Part shown: piece by piece, positions 24,790 through 37,520 of the stretch
Numbering within the stretch: the stretch's first letter is position 1
Layout: every line of letters starts with the position of its first letter
Assembly (NCBI GenBank): GCA_951406725.2
Contig: OX597819.1
Span: 78,244,001-78,308,000, forward strand
Direction: 5' to 3'
DNA: 64,000 bases
Origin: Octopus vulgaris
Taxonomy: Eukaryota
Translations under genes and position numbers: made by a program
Notes under the pieces: model-generated
Told to the model about the DNA's origin: nothing
Database searches by the model: none
What the model saw: the letters and a program-made list of their open reading frames with translations, nothing else

Positions 24790-25620
24790 TTTGGTAGTGG
24801 TGGTTGTGGAGGTATTGGTTATGGTGGTGGTGGTGGTGATAGGTGTAGTGGTGGATTGGACAGTGATTACAATGGTATTGAGATGGTAACGGTGGTAGTG
24901 GTGATGGTGGTAGCTATGAGGATAATGATGGCAATGGCAGTGCTAGGGGGAACAATGATGGAGATCAAGATGAGGCTGACATGACTGTGATGATGTTGAT
25001 GCTGCTGCTGATGATGATGATCATGATTGTGATGATGATAGTGGTAAGTGCGGTAGCGGTAAGGATGATGATGGTGATCGTGATGATGATAGTGATGAGT
25101 GTGGTAGCAGTAAGGATGGTGATGATGATGGTGATGGTGATTGTGATGATGATAAGTGTGACAGCAGTAATGATGATGATGATGATGATGGTGATAGCAA
25201 TGATGGGAGCGATAATAGTGACAGTGATAATGACAATGCTGATGATAATGAGATAATGACAAAAAAAATTGTGTGTGTATGTGTGTGGACTGAATCTATG
25301 CAAATTGTATGTGTGTGTGTGTGTGTTTTATTGTGAATTTTTCATTCTACCAATGTCAGCCACAGCAATGTCTCCATCAATTAAATGTCACATGTTAACA
25401 GATGGCAGGCTGAAGTAATATTTCTTCAGCATCTTCTTTCAATAATGATGATGATGATGGTGGTGGTGGTGGTGGCAATGATGAAGATGGCGACGATGAC
25501 AGTGCTATAAGTTGGTCGTCGGGGATGGTGGGAAATGATTCAGTAGCAACGATGATGATGATGATGATGATGATTGCAATGGTGGTGGTGGTGGTGGTGA
25601 TGATTGTGGTGGTACTCAGG
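24790..25620. repeat. (GAT)n/(GGT)n low-complexity block
   Basis: Directly visible. Confidence 0.9.
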
Positions 25621-25989
25621 TAAGGAAATATTGTAATTATAGGTAACCGATTAACAAAAACAAAAACAAAAAAAACCAACAAAACAACAAAAATATTAAT
25701 CCATGAGTTTTGATTTAAATCATAACCACTAAATTTCTATTCTGTTTTTTTTTTTTTGTGTGTTTTTTTTTTCCTTCCTTTAGTGTGTGAGTTTGTGTCT
25801 CTGTGCATCTGTGTTCATATCAGTTTGCTTTTGTATGTTTGCTTGTATGTGTGTGTGTGTTCTCTCTCTCACCCCCTTTCTTTTTCCCCAACCTCTCCCA
25901 CTCCTCCTCCATTTTCAATTTTCTATTTTTTTTAAGTCATTTATTTGCATATGTGATAAATAGCTCTAAGGAATGAGCTAATAATATAT

Positions 25990-26037
<48 letters not shown>

Positions 26038-26856
26038 CAGTACTATGTGTTGATGACGATAACGATAAATAATGACAGAGCGAATAAGAGGAAAGAGAAA
26101 GAATGAGGAGGGAGGGAGAGAGAGAGAAGTGGATAAAGAAGATTAATAATAAATAAATAATTGCAATAAATAAGAATAACAAAGGGGAGAAGATTAATAT
26201 TAAATAATATAATAATGAGGCTTGTGATAATTGTGATGATGATGAGGAGGAGGAAGAGGTGGATATTGATGCCAATAAATAGTAATAATGATGTTTAATA
26301 CCAAACAACAAATTTTGATGAAAATAAATAGTTCACATTGTGATATGATGACAGTGGTGGTGGTGGCGGTGGTGTTGATGATGATGATGACAATAGTGAT
26401 GGTGATAATGATGATGATAAAATTTATGTATTTTGATTTCCAATAACTAAACTGGAGAGCAAAATCTTCAGAGGTGATAGAGAAGGAAAGAAAAGGGGGC
26501 TGGAAGGAAGGAAGGAAAGGTGGAAGAAAATGCAAGGAAAATGAATGAGGTAAAAAAAAAAAGAAGAAAAAAAGAAATAAGAGATGGTGGGGGTGGGGAG
26601 AGATGAAGAAGGACAGAAAGAAATGGAAGAGAAGCAGAAAATGTAGGGCAGAAAGAGAGTAAAGAAAAGGAGGAAAGAGAGAAAACAGAAGGAAGGAGTG
26701 AATATTGTTTTAATGGTGATTTCTGTGGGATTAGGTTTTGTCATAGAGGCTGGGCATTTACTTAGAATTTAGTGGGGAAATATTGAACAATAATATCTGC
26801 AGCTATGATGTCTGGGGTGAGGGATACAAAATTGTTGGATTAGTAGTTAGACGTAA

Positions 26857-27362
26857 CCATTTAGCATTTAAGCTGGTCATGCATGACCGAAATATTCTGC
26901 CTGTTTTATGTTCAAACTGGCCAGATCCAGCCTCTTACACCTGCCCTACAATGTCATTCTAAAAATAAACAATTACAACATTGAAATCTTAAAGTCACAA
27001 GTTAATGCATAGGTTAATCTTTCAGCACAGTGGTTCCCAACCTGTGGTCTGCAAAGATAGTACTGGGGGTCTGACAGACCTTTCAATATCCTGGAGTCTG
27101 TGGGAAAACTCATTTAAATAAAAGGGGTCCTTGGTAGTGAAAAGGTTGGGAACCACTACATTAGCAGATAAACCAGCCATATCCGGCTCAAATATTCTAC
27201 CTGTTTTATGTTGACACCAGCTAGATCCAGCCTTTTATGTCTGTCCTATAATGTCATTTTAAAAATTCTCAACTGCATCGTCAAAATTTTGAAGCATGAT
27301 TAATTCCAGATAATATAAATGAATGAGTGTTAATCCGACAGAGTAATCTGAATGTTGGTGAG
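26857..27362 (+). mobile_element. Two tandem piggyBac-like MITE copies
   Basis: aatattctrcctgttttatgtt...ctacaatgtcattctaaaaa occurs twice; ends gagttaa. Confidence 0.65.
27028..27158 (+). mobile_element. Short hAT-like MITE nested in a piggyBac-like MITE
   Basis: TIRs cagtggttcccaacct / aggttgggaaccacta; flanks tttcagca / cattagca; second copy at 52131-52233. Confidence 0.75.
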
Positions 27363-27706
27363 TTAAGTTAGGTCAATTTTGAAAGAGATGTGAGAAATGG
27401 AATGGTAAAAAATGCTACTAGTCCATAATGTAAAGTGGTTGGAAGTACAAAAGCCATCAAGACAGAAAAAAAAATTTGCTAGAAGGAATAAGCAAAGAAG
27501 ACATGGTCTCCTTAAACAGCGACTTATGTAAGTATGGGTTAAAGTTTATGTAAAATATAGCGGTGCCCCAGTATGGCCACAGCTTGTGAGCTGAAACTAG
27601 ATAAAATAAAAATAAAAATTACTATGTTGCATTGAGCTGTAAATATTTGGATTATCCTCTGCTTGTCCTATCAAGCTCCTGTTCTGAGTGGTAAAGCAAG
27701 TGGGGT

Positions 27707-28038
27707 GGAACACTGCTACATGTTGATGGAACATTGCTACATTTAAATGGAGTGCTGGATGCAGATGGAACACGACCACGTGTTGAAGCATTGTTTACAT
27801 GTAGATGGAGTATCAGATGCAGGTAGAACACTGCCACATGTTGATGGAGTATTGCTACATGTAAATGGAGCACTAGATGCAAATGTGACACTTTCACATG
27901 TTGACTGAGCATTACTACATATAGAAGGAGCATTAGATGTAGGTGTAACACTGCCACATTAATGGAACATTGCTACATGTAAATGGAACACCAGTCATAG
28001 AAGACTGCCACAAGTTGATAGAGCATTTTTACATGTAA
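27707..28038. repeat. Diverged 60-bp minisatellite (21+21+18 subunits), about 5 copies
   Basis: Unit ggaacactgctacatgttgatggaacattgctacatttaaatggagtgctggatgcagat. Confidence 0.85.
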
Positions 28039-29714
28039 TCTACCTAAAAGAGCAAGAACTCTTTTTAAAAACTGATACATGGTATAGAGGAGACTGTTTT
28101 GTTTTGCCATAAGCAATTTTTCTATGTTCTGGATTGTGCAAAGTCTATAATAAAACATACATACACATGGCTTAAGCAACAAGAAAGATTGGCAGCTACC
28201 TCTGTGGATGAGTGTGACGAGTGGTGAGTGCTGAGACATTGCATGACCTACACAACCTTATGTCACCATCATAAAACAAATGAGAAAGATAATGAATCTT
28301 AGTTCATACTCGGCTGACTTAGAAAAGAAAGGACACATTGGACAGTGAATTCTTTATCATCATCATAATGTCTGCTTTCCATGCTGGCATGGGTTGGATG
28401 GTTTGACAGGAGCTGGCCAGGTAGAAGACAACACCAGGCTTCTGTGTCTGTTTTGGCATGGTTTTTATGGCTGGATGCCCTTCCTAATATCAACCAGCCC
28501 GTAGAGTGGATTGAGTGCTTTTTTATGTGGCACCAGCACAGCCAAGGATTCTTAGATATACGAAAGAAAAAAAACCTGGATGATTACAACTGGAATACTT
28601 TTGATCATACATCTGCTTGATTAAGGCTGACTTGGAGCTAAACAACAATAACAACAGCTACAATCTTCTTTCACTGCATCAGAATGTTTGCTTGTAGGAT
28701 GAGAAGCAAGAAGAGCGAGTACCACAGAACTTGGGGTACTGTGACATATCCGGAGTGGTTAAAGTGCTATAAGAACAATATGGTGGATATCAAGAGGGAA
28801 AGATGGGGGGAAGAGAAATCCAATAAAAGAAATAAAATAGAGGAGTAAGTACTTAGGGGACAGAAAATGCCTTGATGACCCACAAGGAGTTGATAGTACA
28901 AGACTGAGAACATGGTCCTTGGTGAGGAATGAGGGCATTTCTGGTTGTCTGCTATTTATAGTATGTCAGCTATATTGATTAAATGTGTATTTGCCAATAA
29001 TTTCTTTGTTTAGAATTCATTATAAATCGCTTTTTATAATGTTTTATTTATAATTACTGAATACATAACATAAAAACAAAAGCTAGTTTGTTCCATTTAT
29101 TAGATTTTCTGAATATGACCTACTCAGTTCCTGATTAAATAAACTTTAGGTTATTAATATAAAATGGTTCTTCGTCTTTAGATTACTTACAATAATGGCT
29201 CAGAGAATACAAAGCTTGTTTATGACTGAAAGTAATCCAACTGTGACCATCCAGTGACAACGTTGTCTAATGCATTCTTTCTTTAGTGGTTTCAGAGAAT
29301 AGAAATTTTTGCTGCTGGTTGTTTAGTCCTGTACCAGCCCTGCTCTAACAGATCTTATTGTGGTTACACATTTTAGTATCTCAGAAAGAGAGTATTGTCA
29401 GGTGCACCCTACCTTATTTTGTGCGATATGAAAAAGATTTATTTGGCTGGTATTATATTGATTGTATTTTTAACATGTACCGATTTTGATTTGAGAGTTC
29501 TTCCCAGGCGGCATCTTTTTTTTAAAATATTGGTTAATAATTAGTGTAAGTACAGTCACAAACAGTGAGGTAGCATCTACTAGCAGAATACTGCACAAAG
29601 AATAAGATGTAAAAGGAAACCAGAAGTACGATGTTTCACTTTCTATCCCACCCAAATCTATTTTAACCTCCTTCATAGCTCTCTATATTTTTTCCTTGCC
29701 ACATTTTTTTTCGT

Positions 29715-30031
29715 CTTGCAAGTACTTGATGACCTTGTCAGTGCAAGGTGCCACTTAAAAGCACCCAATCCATACTGTAAAGTGGTTGGTGTTTGGAAGG
29801 GCATCCAGCTGCAAAAACCTTGCCAGTAAAAAGCGCTATTGATGTCGCCTGTACTTGTGCCATATAAAAAGCACTACTGACCTCGCCTGTGCCATGTAAA
29901 AAGCACTAAGTCCACTCTGCTGAGTGATTGGTGTTAGGAAGGGCATCCAGCTGTAAAAATCCTGCTAAAACAGTCACGGAAATCTGGAGCAGGATTCTGC
30001 ACCAGATTTCTGTGACTGTTTTGGCAGGATT
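29715..30031 (+). mobile_element. Family D fragments ending in a fold-back hairpin
   Basis: ggaagggcatccagctg occurs twice; inverted repeat at 29958-30031. Confidence 0.7.
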
Positions 30032-30342
30032 AGTGAATTCTAATTTTCATACAAAAGTCAAACTTATTTTCTCAGATCTTTACAAAAAATACATACATGT
30101 CTCGGAGAGACAAAATCGAGGTAACCTGGTCTATTTACTCTGTTGCATTCTATAGCAGTGAGTGCTTCAGGGTGTTGAATGAGATGAAGACATTTGTGAG
30201 GGTATGCAAAGAGTATTATCATCATTTAAAAATTTCTTTAAAGTCATCTATAATATAGCAGGCAGCTGACTGACAATTTCTGAGTCACCACAGTACCAGA
30301 AATGTAGAAAAAATACCTAAACTTCTCTCTTTTGCTCTCTCC

Positions 30343-30731
30343 TTACTCTTTTACTTGTTTCAGTCATTTGACTGTGGCCATGCTGGAGCACCACCTTTAG
30401 TTGAGCAAATTGACCCCCAGGACTTATTCTTTGTAAGCCTAGTACTTATTCTATCGGATCTCTTTTGCTGAACCGCTAAGTTATGGGGACGTAAACACAC
30501 CAACACGGGTTGTCAAGCGATGTTGGGAGACAAACACAGACACACAAACATATATATATATATATATACGACAGGCTTCTTTCAGTTTCCATCTACCAAA
30601 TCCACTCACAAGGCTTTGGTTGGCCCGAGGCTATAGCAGACGACACTTGCCCAAAGTTCCAAGCAGTGGGACTGAACCTGGAACCATGTAGTTCATAAGC
30701 TAGCTACTTACCACACAGCCACTCCTACACC
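30343..30731 (-). mobile_element. Full-length family A SINE
   Basis: Reverse complement of the consensus from tail to head (ccacacagccactcctacacc). Confidence 0.88.
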
Positions 30732-30769
30732 TTCTGTTTCTGTTTTTTTTTTGTCTCTATTGAGCCAAA

Positions 30770-31091
30770 ATGCAATGTATCAGCTACTGGGAAAGACTGA
30801 AAGAGTCAAAAACTCTCCTCCCTAGAACAAAGGCAGGAAAGATATGCAATGATATGCACCTGCAAAACCCAGGAAGTCCTTGTACCATCTAACTTTGGCA
30901 TTGAAATATACACAAATAGCAGAAAGGGGTGCCACTGCATAGTGCCAAACATCCCAGCATCGTCATCAAAATACAGAACCAGACACTGCAACAGCTTGAT
31001 TTTCAAGGGCCCACAGTTCTTCAATATTATTCCAAAACGCCTGAGAGACCTGCATGGTGTGGATGTGGGTGTCTTTAAAACAAAACTGGAT
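30770..31091 (+). pseudogene. CR1-like LINE ORF2 C-terminal remnant
   Basis: SYWERLKE.KLSSLEQRQERYAM...LVPSNFGIE...SLIFKGPQFFNIIPKRLRDL...VFKTKLD matches the SYxERLxxLxLxSLExRR...FKxxLD tail pattern. Confidence 0.8.
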
Positions 31092-31179
31092 ATATATATA
31101 TTTATGTGTATGTATATCTGTTTATATTAACGCATCACATATTTGAGTGAGTGTATGCGTGTGTGCACATGAATATAAA

Positions 31180-31495
31180 TACATTACATTTTATAGGACT
31201 TTCTATTTCTATTAACTTGTCGGTTTGATGAGTTTGTTATTTATATCCTTCCTGATGAGATTGATGCATTGCTGACCATAATTTATCCTGTTGGACATTT
31301 TGGAGTGCATCCGTCGAAACATATGTAGAAGACTTTAAGATATAAATGGTTTAACAACATCCCGAGAGTTTGTCTCCTTATTCAGTTTTTCTATTTTCTA
31401 CTAAATACGACTTACTATTCCGGAATTAAATCCTGGGACACTTAAACAACATTTAGCTACCTTGTAAGTATTCCTTTGGATTTTCCCTATAAATT
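31180..31495 (+). mobile_element. Probable Penelope-like pseudo-LTR fragment (boundaries uncertain)
   Basis: Carries a minimal hammerhead motif, an A-rich stretch and a GTAAGT donor at 31464; bounded by microsatellites. Confidence 0.5.
31248..31331 (+). ncRNA. Minimal type I hammerhead ribozyme motif
   Basis: Stem I cttc/gaag; CUGAUGA 31252-31258; stem II 31259-31270 with 31304-31315 (11 of 12 paired); GAAA 31316-31319; palindromic stem III ACAUAUGU; cleavage triplet GUA 31325-31327. Confidence 0.8.
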
Positions 31496-32040
31496 ATATG
31501 TGTGTGTGTGTATGTGTGTGTTTATATATATATATGTGTATAAATGTATATATATATATATATGTATATACATGTATATGTGTGTGTGTGTATATATATA
31601 TATATGTCTATATATGTATATGTGTGTATATATGTATATGTATGTATATATATGTGTATTTCTATATATATATGTGTGTATATATATATATGTATATTGT
31701 ATATGTATGTATATGTGTGTGTATATATGTGTATGTATATGTGTATGTATATATGTATCATCATCATCATCATCGTCGTTTAACGTCCGTTCTCCATGCT
31801 AGCATGGGTTGGACGGTTCGACCGGGGTTCTGGGAAGCCAGAAGGCTGCACCAGGCTCCAGTCTAATCTGGCAATGTTTCTAGATTAGACTATATATATA
31901 TATATATATATTTGTATATATATATATGTGTATATATGTAGATGTATATGTATGTATGTATGTGTGTATATATATGTATGTATATGTATGTATATATGTA
32001 TGTATATGTATGTATTTGTATATGTATATATATATATGGT
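31495..32040. repeat. (TA)n/(TG)n block containing a truncated family D copy (31757-31891, minus)
   Basis: Directly visible. Confidence 0.85.
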
Positions 32041-33039
32041 GTATGGTATATACATTGACCTGTTTAAACTATGTTTTTTTTCTTTCCTGGGAGCAGAAGG
32101 AATGCTGCATCTTTAAATTTGTCTATCTTTTAATCTTTCTCTCCTCGCTTCTCATTTTCTCTTTCCATCATCTACTTCACTGATGTCGAGGTGCTACTCT
32201 ATACATCAACTATTGATTGACAACTTCAATGACAGCTCCTAAGCAAACTGTTGCTGATGACTGATGATGAAGAAGCTATCTTCAATGTTGTGCAGTATCT
32301 GCTTTGTTTGTTGCACAGTAGCTGCTGTTGCTTACTTGCTAGCCTTGACCATTGCACACTAGCAACGGCTGTTGTTATCTTCACCACCATTGCAGACATA
32401 GCAACTTGTAATATCATCACTGTTGCACACTGCAACTATTGTTGGTGTTGTTGTTGTTGTTGTTGGAATGATTGTTGCACAGTGGAAATTGCCGATGTTG
32501 TTGTTGTCATTGGTGGTGTTGCAATAAATGATGTTGCACCATGGAATTTGTTGTTGCCATTGTTGTTGTCTTGACTACCGGTGCAGACGCAGCGACTTGC
32601 AATTCTTCCTCTGTTGCACAATGGCAACCATTGCGTACGTTGCAATGATTGCTGCTTAGCAGAAATTGCTCATGTTGTTGGCGACGTTGTTGTTGCAAAT
32701 GGCTGTTTGCACCATAGAATCTCTCATTGTTTTTCCTTTACAAATTCTTGCAGCTGCAGCAACTTTTATTGCTTCCTTCCACCCCACCTCCCACCCACCC
32801 CCCATTGCACAATGAGAACTCTTGTTGTTGTTGGTGTTGGTGGTGGTGGTGTTGTTGCAACAAGTGAATCATCTGTCCATTTGTGCTAAGAGGACAGCGT
32901 GTCAATCAGTTGTTATACAAAGGAGGGATGATGGACAGGTGACAGTTTGAAGTGACATTTAGGTAGGATGAACCAGAAAGACAGATGGGGATATAATAGA
33001 AAGCACAGCACTGTGTATATGTGTATTTGCACATGCAAG

Positions 33040-33395
33040 AATGTGTGTGTGTGTGTTTGTGTGTGCATATGTGATGTTACATTCTAAGGGTGTGTATAAG
33101 TGTGTTTACACTGTGTATTTTGTGTTTGTCAGTGCCTGTTTGCCCTGCATGCATGTGTGTACGTGATTAAATATATATATACAAATTTGTGTTTATGTGT
33201 ATATAAGTATGTATACATGTGTTAATATATGTATATATTGCTGTGTGTGTGTATGTGTGTCGACGTTTATATATATATATATATGCATATATGCCTCTCT
33301 CTCTCTCTCTGTCTATATATATATATATATATATATGCATATATGCTTCTGTGTATATATATATATATGCTTGTATATATATATATATATGTGTG

Positions 33396-33426
<31 letters not shown>

Positions 33427-33571
33427 GTCTCTATATAGATGTCTGTGTTTATATGTATGCATATATGCTTGTATATATATATGTTTGTGTGTATGTGTGT
33501 AAATATATATATACATATAGTCAGTGTGTACAGATATGTGTGTGTGTATGTGTATATATATGTGTGTGTGC

Positions 33572-33602
<31 letters not shown>

Positions 33603-33909
33603 TAGATAGAGAGACAGAGAGAGAGATAGACAGATAGATGTCCATGTGTATGAGTTGCATATTAGAAATTTGACACATGTTTCTGTATGTGCAATGGATG
33701 TAAGGCACAGTGTGTGTGCGTGTGCATGTGTGTGTGTGTATGCGTGCACATGCTTGTGTGTGTGTGTGTATGGTGTACAGAAAATGTCAGAAGCAGATCT
33801 AGTGTGACTGAAGCAAGCAAGTGCTGAATTACAACAGATGGTAAAATTAATTATTAGCCTTCCATCTCTTAACTTCACTCACATATAGACGTAATTATAA
33901 TAAATGACT

Positions 33910-33953
<44 letters not shown>

Positions 33954-34033
33954 ACAGGTAGGCCATGATTTTACTCATGATATTTTCACAATCATACATA
34001 TACATGCATACACACGTGTGTGTGTGTGTATTT

Positions 34034-34071
<38 letters not shown>

Positions 34072-34340
34072 GGAAGTGCGGAAGTGTCATACTCACACCT
34101 ATATACAAGAATATGTGCATGTGCTTGTGTGTATAATGCTTTCATACAATATATATATATATAAGCAGTATATACTCATGCACTCACATATATACATACA
34201 TATGCATATTTTCTCAATGTATTTTTTATATACCCGCACACACATGAAGTTATATGAATATATACACACCATCACTTATATATACATTTTAAACACACAC
34301 ATACACCCTCTCTCATTTTCTCTCTCTCTCTCTCTATCTT
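33040..34340. repeat. Microsatellite-rich block with small unique islands
   Basis: Directly visible. Confidence 0.85.
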
Positions 34341-34859
34341 TCTCTCTCATTCATAATCTTCTATTTTCTGTTTCCATAGTAATATTTGTCTAATTCTAAA
34401 TAGAGATCAAGATTCTGCTATTCTCCAAATAACATATCTCTCTCTCCCTCTCCATTCACTTCCTGAAGCCCTTTCTCTACTATCTAACACCCACCTTCAG
34501 CTTGCAGCATGGATCTAAAGAGAAGGTACATCGTAAAGAACCAAACAAAAAAAGTTACAAATAATTTTCGACTTTATATTGTTTTACCACAGCATTAGAG
34601 TAAATTTCATCATATCATGGTTCCAAGTAGCTCATAGACAAACACACATTTTCATCATTATCATCATCATTTTAACCCTTTTTTATTCACATTATTCTGT
34701 CCAAAGTAATGTTTATTTATTCACATTGTTTCGAATTAATCATGCATTATATTTTAGTGTTAAGATTTTGATGAGGTAACTGTTAATTTTAAGAAGGATA
34801 TTGTAGGGTAGGTGTGAGAGGCTGAATCTGGCCAGTTTGAACATAAAGCAGGTGAGGAA

Positions 34860-35580
34860 GCATGATCTTTGAATGATGGGCATCATGGAGGCAATGACAG
34901 GTGGCTGAGACATTTGACGATATGCCGTGCTTGAGAAGCATCATCAAACCAAGTGAAATCGTAGTCACGGTTGTTGCCAATGTCACATAACTGATACCTG
35001 TGCTGATGGCACATGAAAAACACCCTTCAAACATTGAGCTTCATGGAGGCTATGACAGGTGACTGAGACCTTTGGCGATATGCCGTTCTTCAGAAGACTT
35101 GTCAAGTCAAGTGAAATCATAGTTGTGGCCAGTGCTGGTGTTATGTAACTGGCACCCATGTTGGTGACATGTAAAAAGCATTCACTACACTCTTGGAATG
35201 GTTGGCATTAGGAAAGGCATCCAGCAGTAGCAACCATGCCAAATCAGACTGGAACCTGGTATAGCCCTCCTTACCAGTTTCAGTCAAACTGTCTAATCCA
35301 TGCCAGCATGGAAAGCAGACACTGAATGATGTTGATGATGGCGGATGTAAAAGCCAAAGACTTAAAATCCACTTTTCTATGCTTGTATGGGGTAGACAGA
35401 ATTTGTTGAGGCAGATTTTTCTTTCTACAGCTGGATACCCTTCCTTTCACCAACCCTCGCCTGTTTCTATGTAAAATGATATATCCCCTTACACAAACAT
35501 ATTTCTCCCAGATGACTGGAAATGAATGTCACTAGTAACAGCAATGATCATTTACAACCAACACATTATGTAAGACACTT
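34860..35580. mobile_element. Family D retroposon with an internal tandem duplication (plus) and an adjacent minus-strand fragment
   Basis: catggaggc.atgacaggtg.ctgagac occurs twice; ggaaaggcatccagcagtag; (gat) tail. Confidence 0.7.
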
Positions 35581-35911
35581 GTATGCACGTGCACATACAC
35601 ACACACATACACACACACACACACACACACATACACACACACACACACATCAGGCTTCTTTGGGTTTCAGTCTACCAAATTAAACTCAAAGCTTTGGTCA
35701 GCCCAGGGTTATTTTAGTTCCAGCCTATCTGCATTCCACTAGCTACTTTTATTTTCACATTGCTGTGTGGCTAAGAAGCTTGCTTTCCAACCACATGGTT
35801 CCAGGTTCAGTCCTACTGCATGACACCTTGGCTAAGTGTTTTCTACTATAACTCTAGGCCAACCAAAGCTTTGAGCGAGGACTTGATTAACAAAAACTGA
35901 ATGAGGCCAGT

Positions 35912-36004
<93 letters not shown>

Positions 36005-36531
36005 TTGTTGTAAATGAATGTTACTGTTATACAAGCAGTGTTGTTTATTTCCAATATTCAATGAAAAATATGTCTGGCCATGGAGTCATATTATCTTGCT
36101 TGGAGGCAGCTGAGTGTTAGCAAAAGAAGAAATCTGAATTTGAACTTAGACTCCAGAGAACCCCATTCTGTGTGTCTGTTTTACTTAGCTTGGATTTCCA
36201 AAGATCTCATATGGCTTCCTTCATTGAATATGCACTAAAGAGCAGGAGACACTGCCATAAGAAGTTATCTTTCAGATACATACATGTGCATGCACACACA
36301 TACATGCATGCACACACAAAGGCATGTGCTTGCACATAGACACACACACAAAAGCATGTGCACAGACATACACACATGCACATAAAGGCATGTGCACACA
36401 CACACACATACACAATACATAACACTACTTGAAAGAAGTAAAACTAAACACAAAAATACGAAGGGTTTGTTTCAAATAGTTGGGGTCTCATCACATCACA
36501 GTATATGGACACTACACTGTACATATAACAG

Positions 36532-36571
<40 letters not shown>

Positions 36572-36649
36572 CCTTACCAGCTTTAAATTACAACATGACC
36601 ACTCCAAACACTTCTTGTACAAACCACACTTCTACAATATCCACAGAAG

Positions 36650-36687
<38 letters not shown>

Positions 36688-36810
36688 ATGTATATATTTG
36701 CATGTGTGTATGTATACATATGTGTGTGTGTGTTTGTGTGTATCATCATCATCGTTTAACATCCGCCTTCCATGTTGGCATGAGTGGGACAGGATATATA
36801 TATACATACA

Positions 36811-36871
<61 letters not shown>

Positions 36872-37134
36872 GTGTGTGTGTGTGTGAAGCCTTCTTCTCA
36901 TCAACTCCCCTGCAGCCCAAACACCTTTGGCAAGAATGTGCTGCTCTCTGGAGTAAGATTCTGAGATGGAGAACAAATGATGAAACGAGATCTTATTATA
37001 AAGTCAATCTGCGATAAACTTTCCAGGAGTCAAGCTGGAGTTGTTTATGAATGAAGGGAATGTACATAAGTGGGTAGATAGCATTGTAATCACTCAGTGC
37101 ACGGCTGCGGGTTGTGCCACACCCCGCCTCTGCA

Positions 37135-37520
37135 CCTCTGCCTCCACCACCACCGCCACTGACACCATCACCAACAGCATCAGCATCCCTACCAACACCA
37201 ACACCATCAGTACCACCACCACCAACACCATCAGTACTACCACCACCACTACCAGCAATAACACCACAACCACTATCACCATCACCACCAATATCAACGT
37301 CACTACCATCACCGCATCCACAACTACCACCACTACCACTACCACTGTCATCACCAACACCATCACCACTGACACAACCATTAACACCACCACCACCACT
37401 ACTCCATTCCTAATCAACATCATCAGGCTCACTACAAACCACCTCTGCGTATTTTGAACTCCTGCGGTCACTGCATGGCATAAATCGCATGGAACACACC
37501 ACCATCACCACCACCAACAC
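37135..37520. repeat. (ACC)n/(ATC)n low-complexity block
   Basis: Directly visible. Confidence 0.9.

Noticed and set aside
28690-28800. Possible small plus-strand exon after ttgcttgtag
   Set aside because: No clear donor site or recognisable peptide
32226-32889. Gln/Cys-rich short ORFs on both strands
   Set aside because: Interrupted by stops in every frame and driven by (TTG)n runs
37041-37457. Thr-rich mucin-like 138-aa ORF
   Set aside because: (ACC)n low complexity, open in multiple frames, with no splice or domain support
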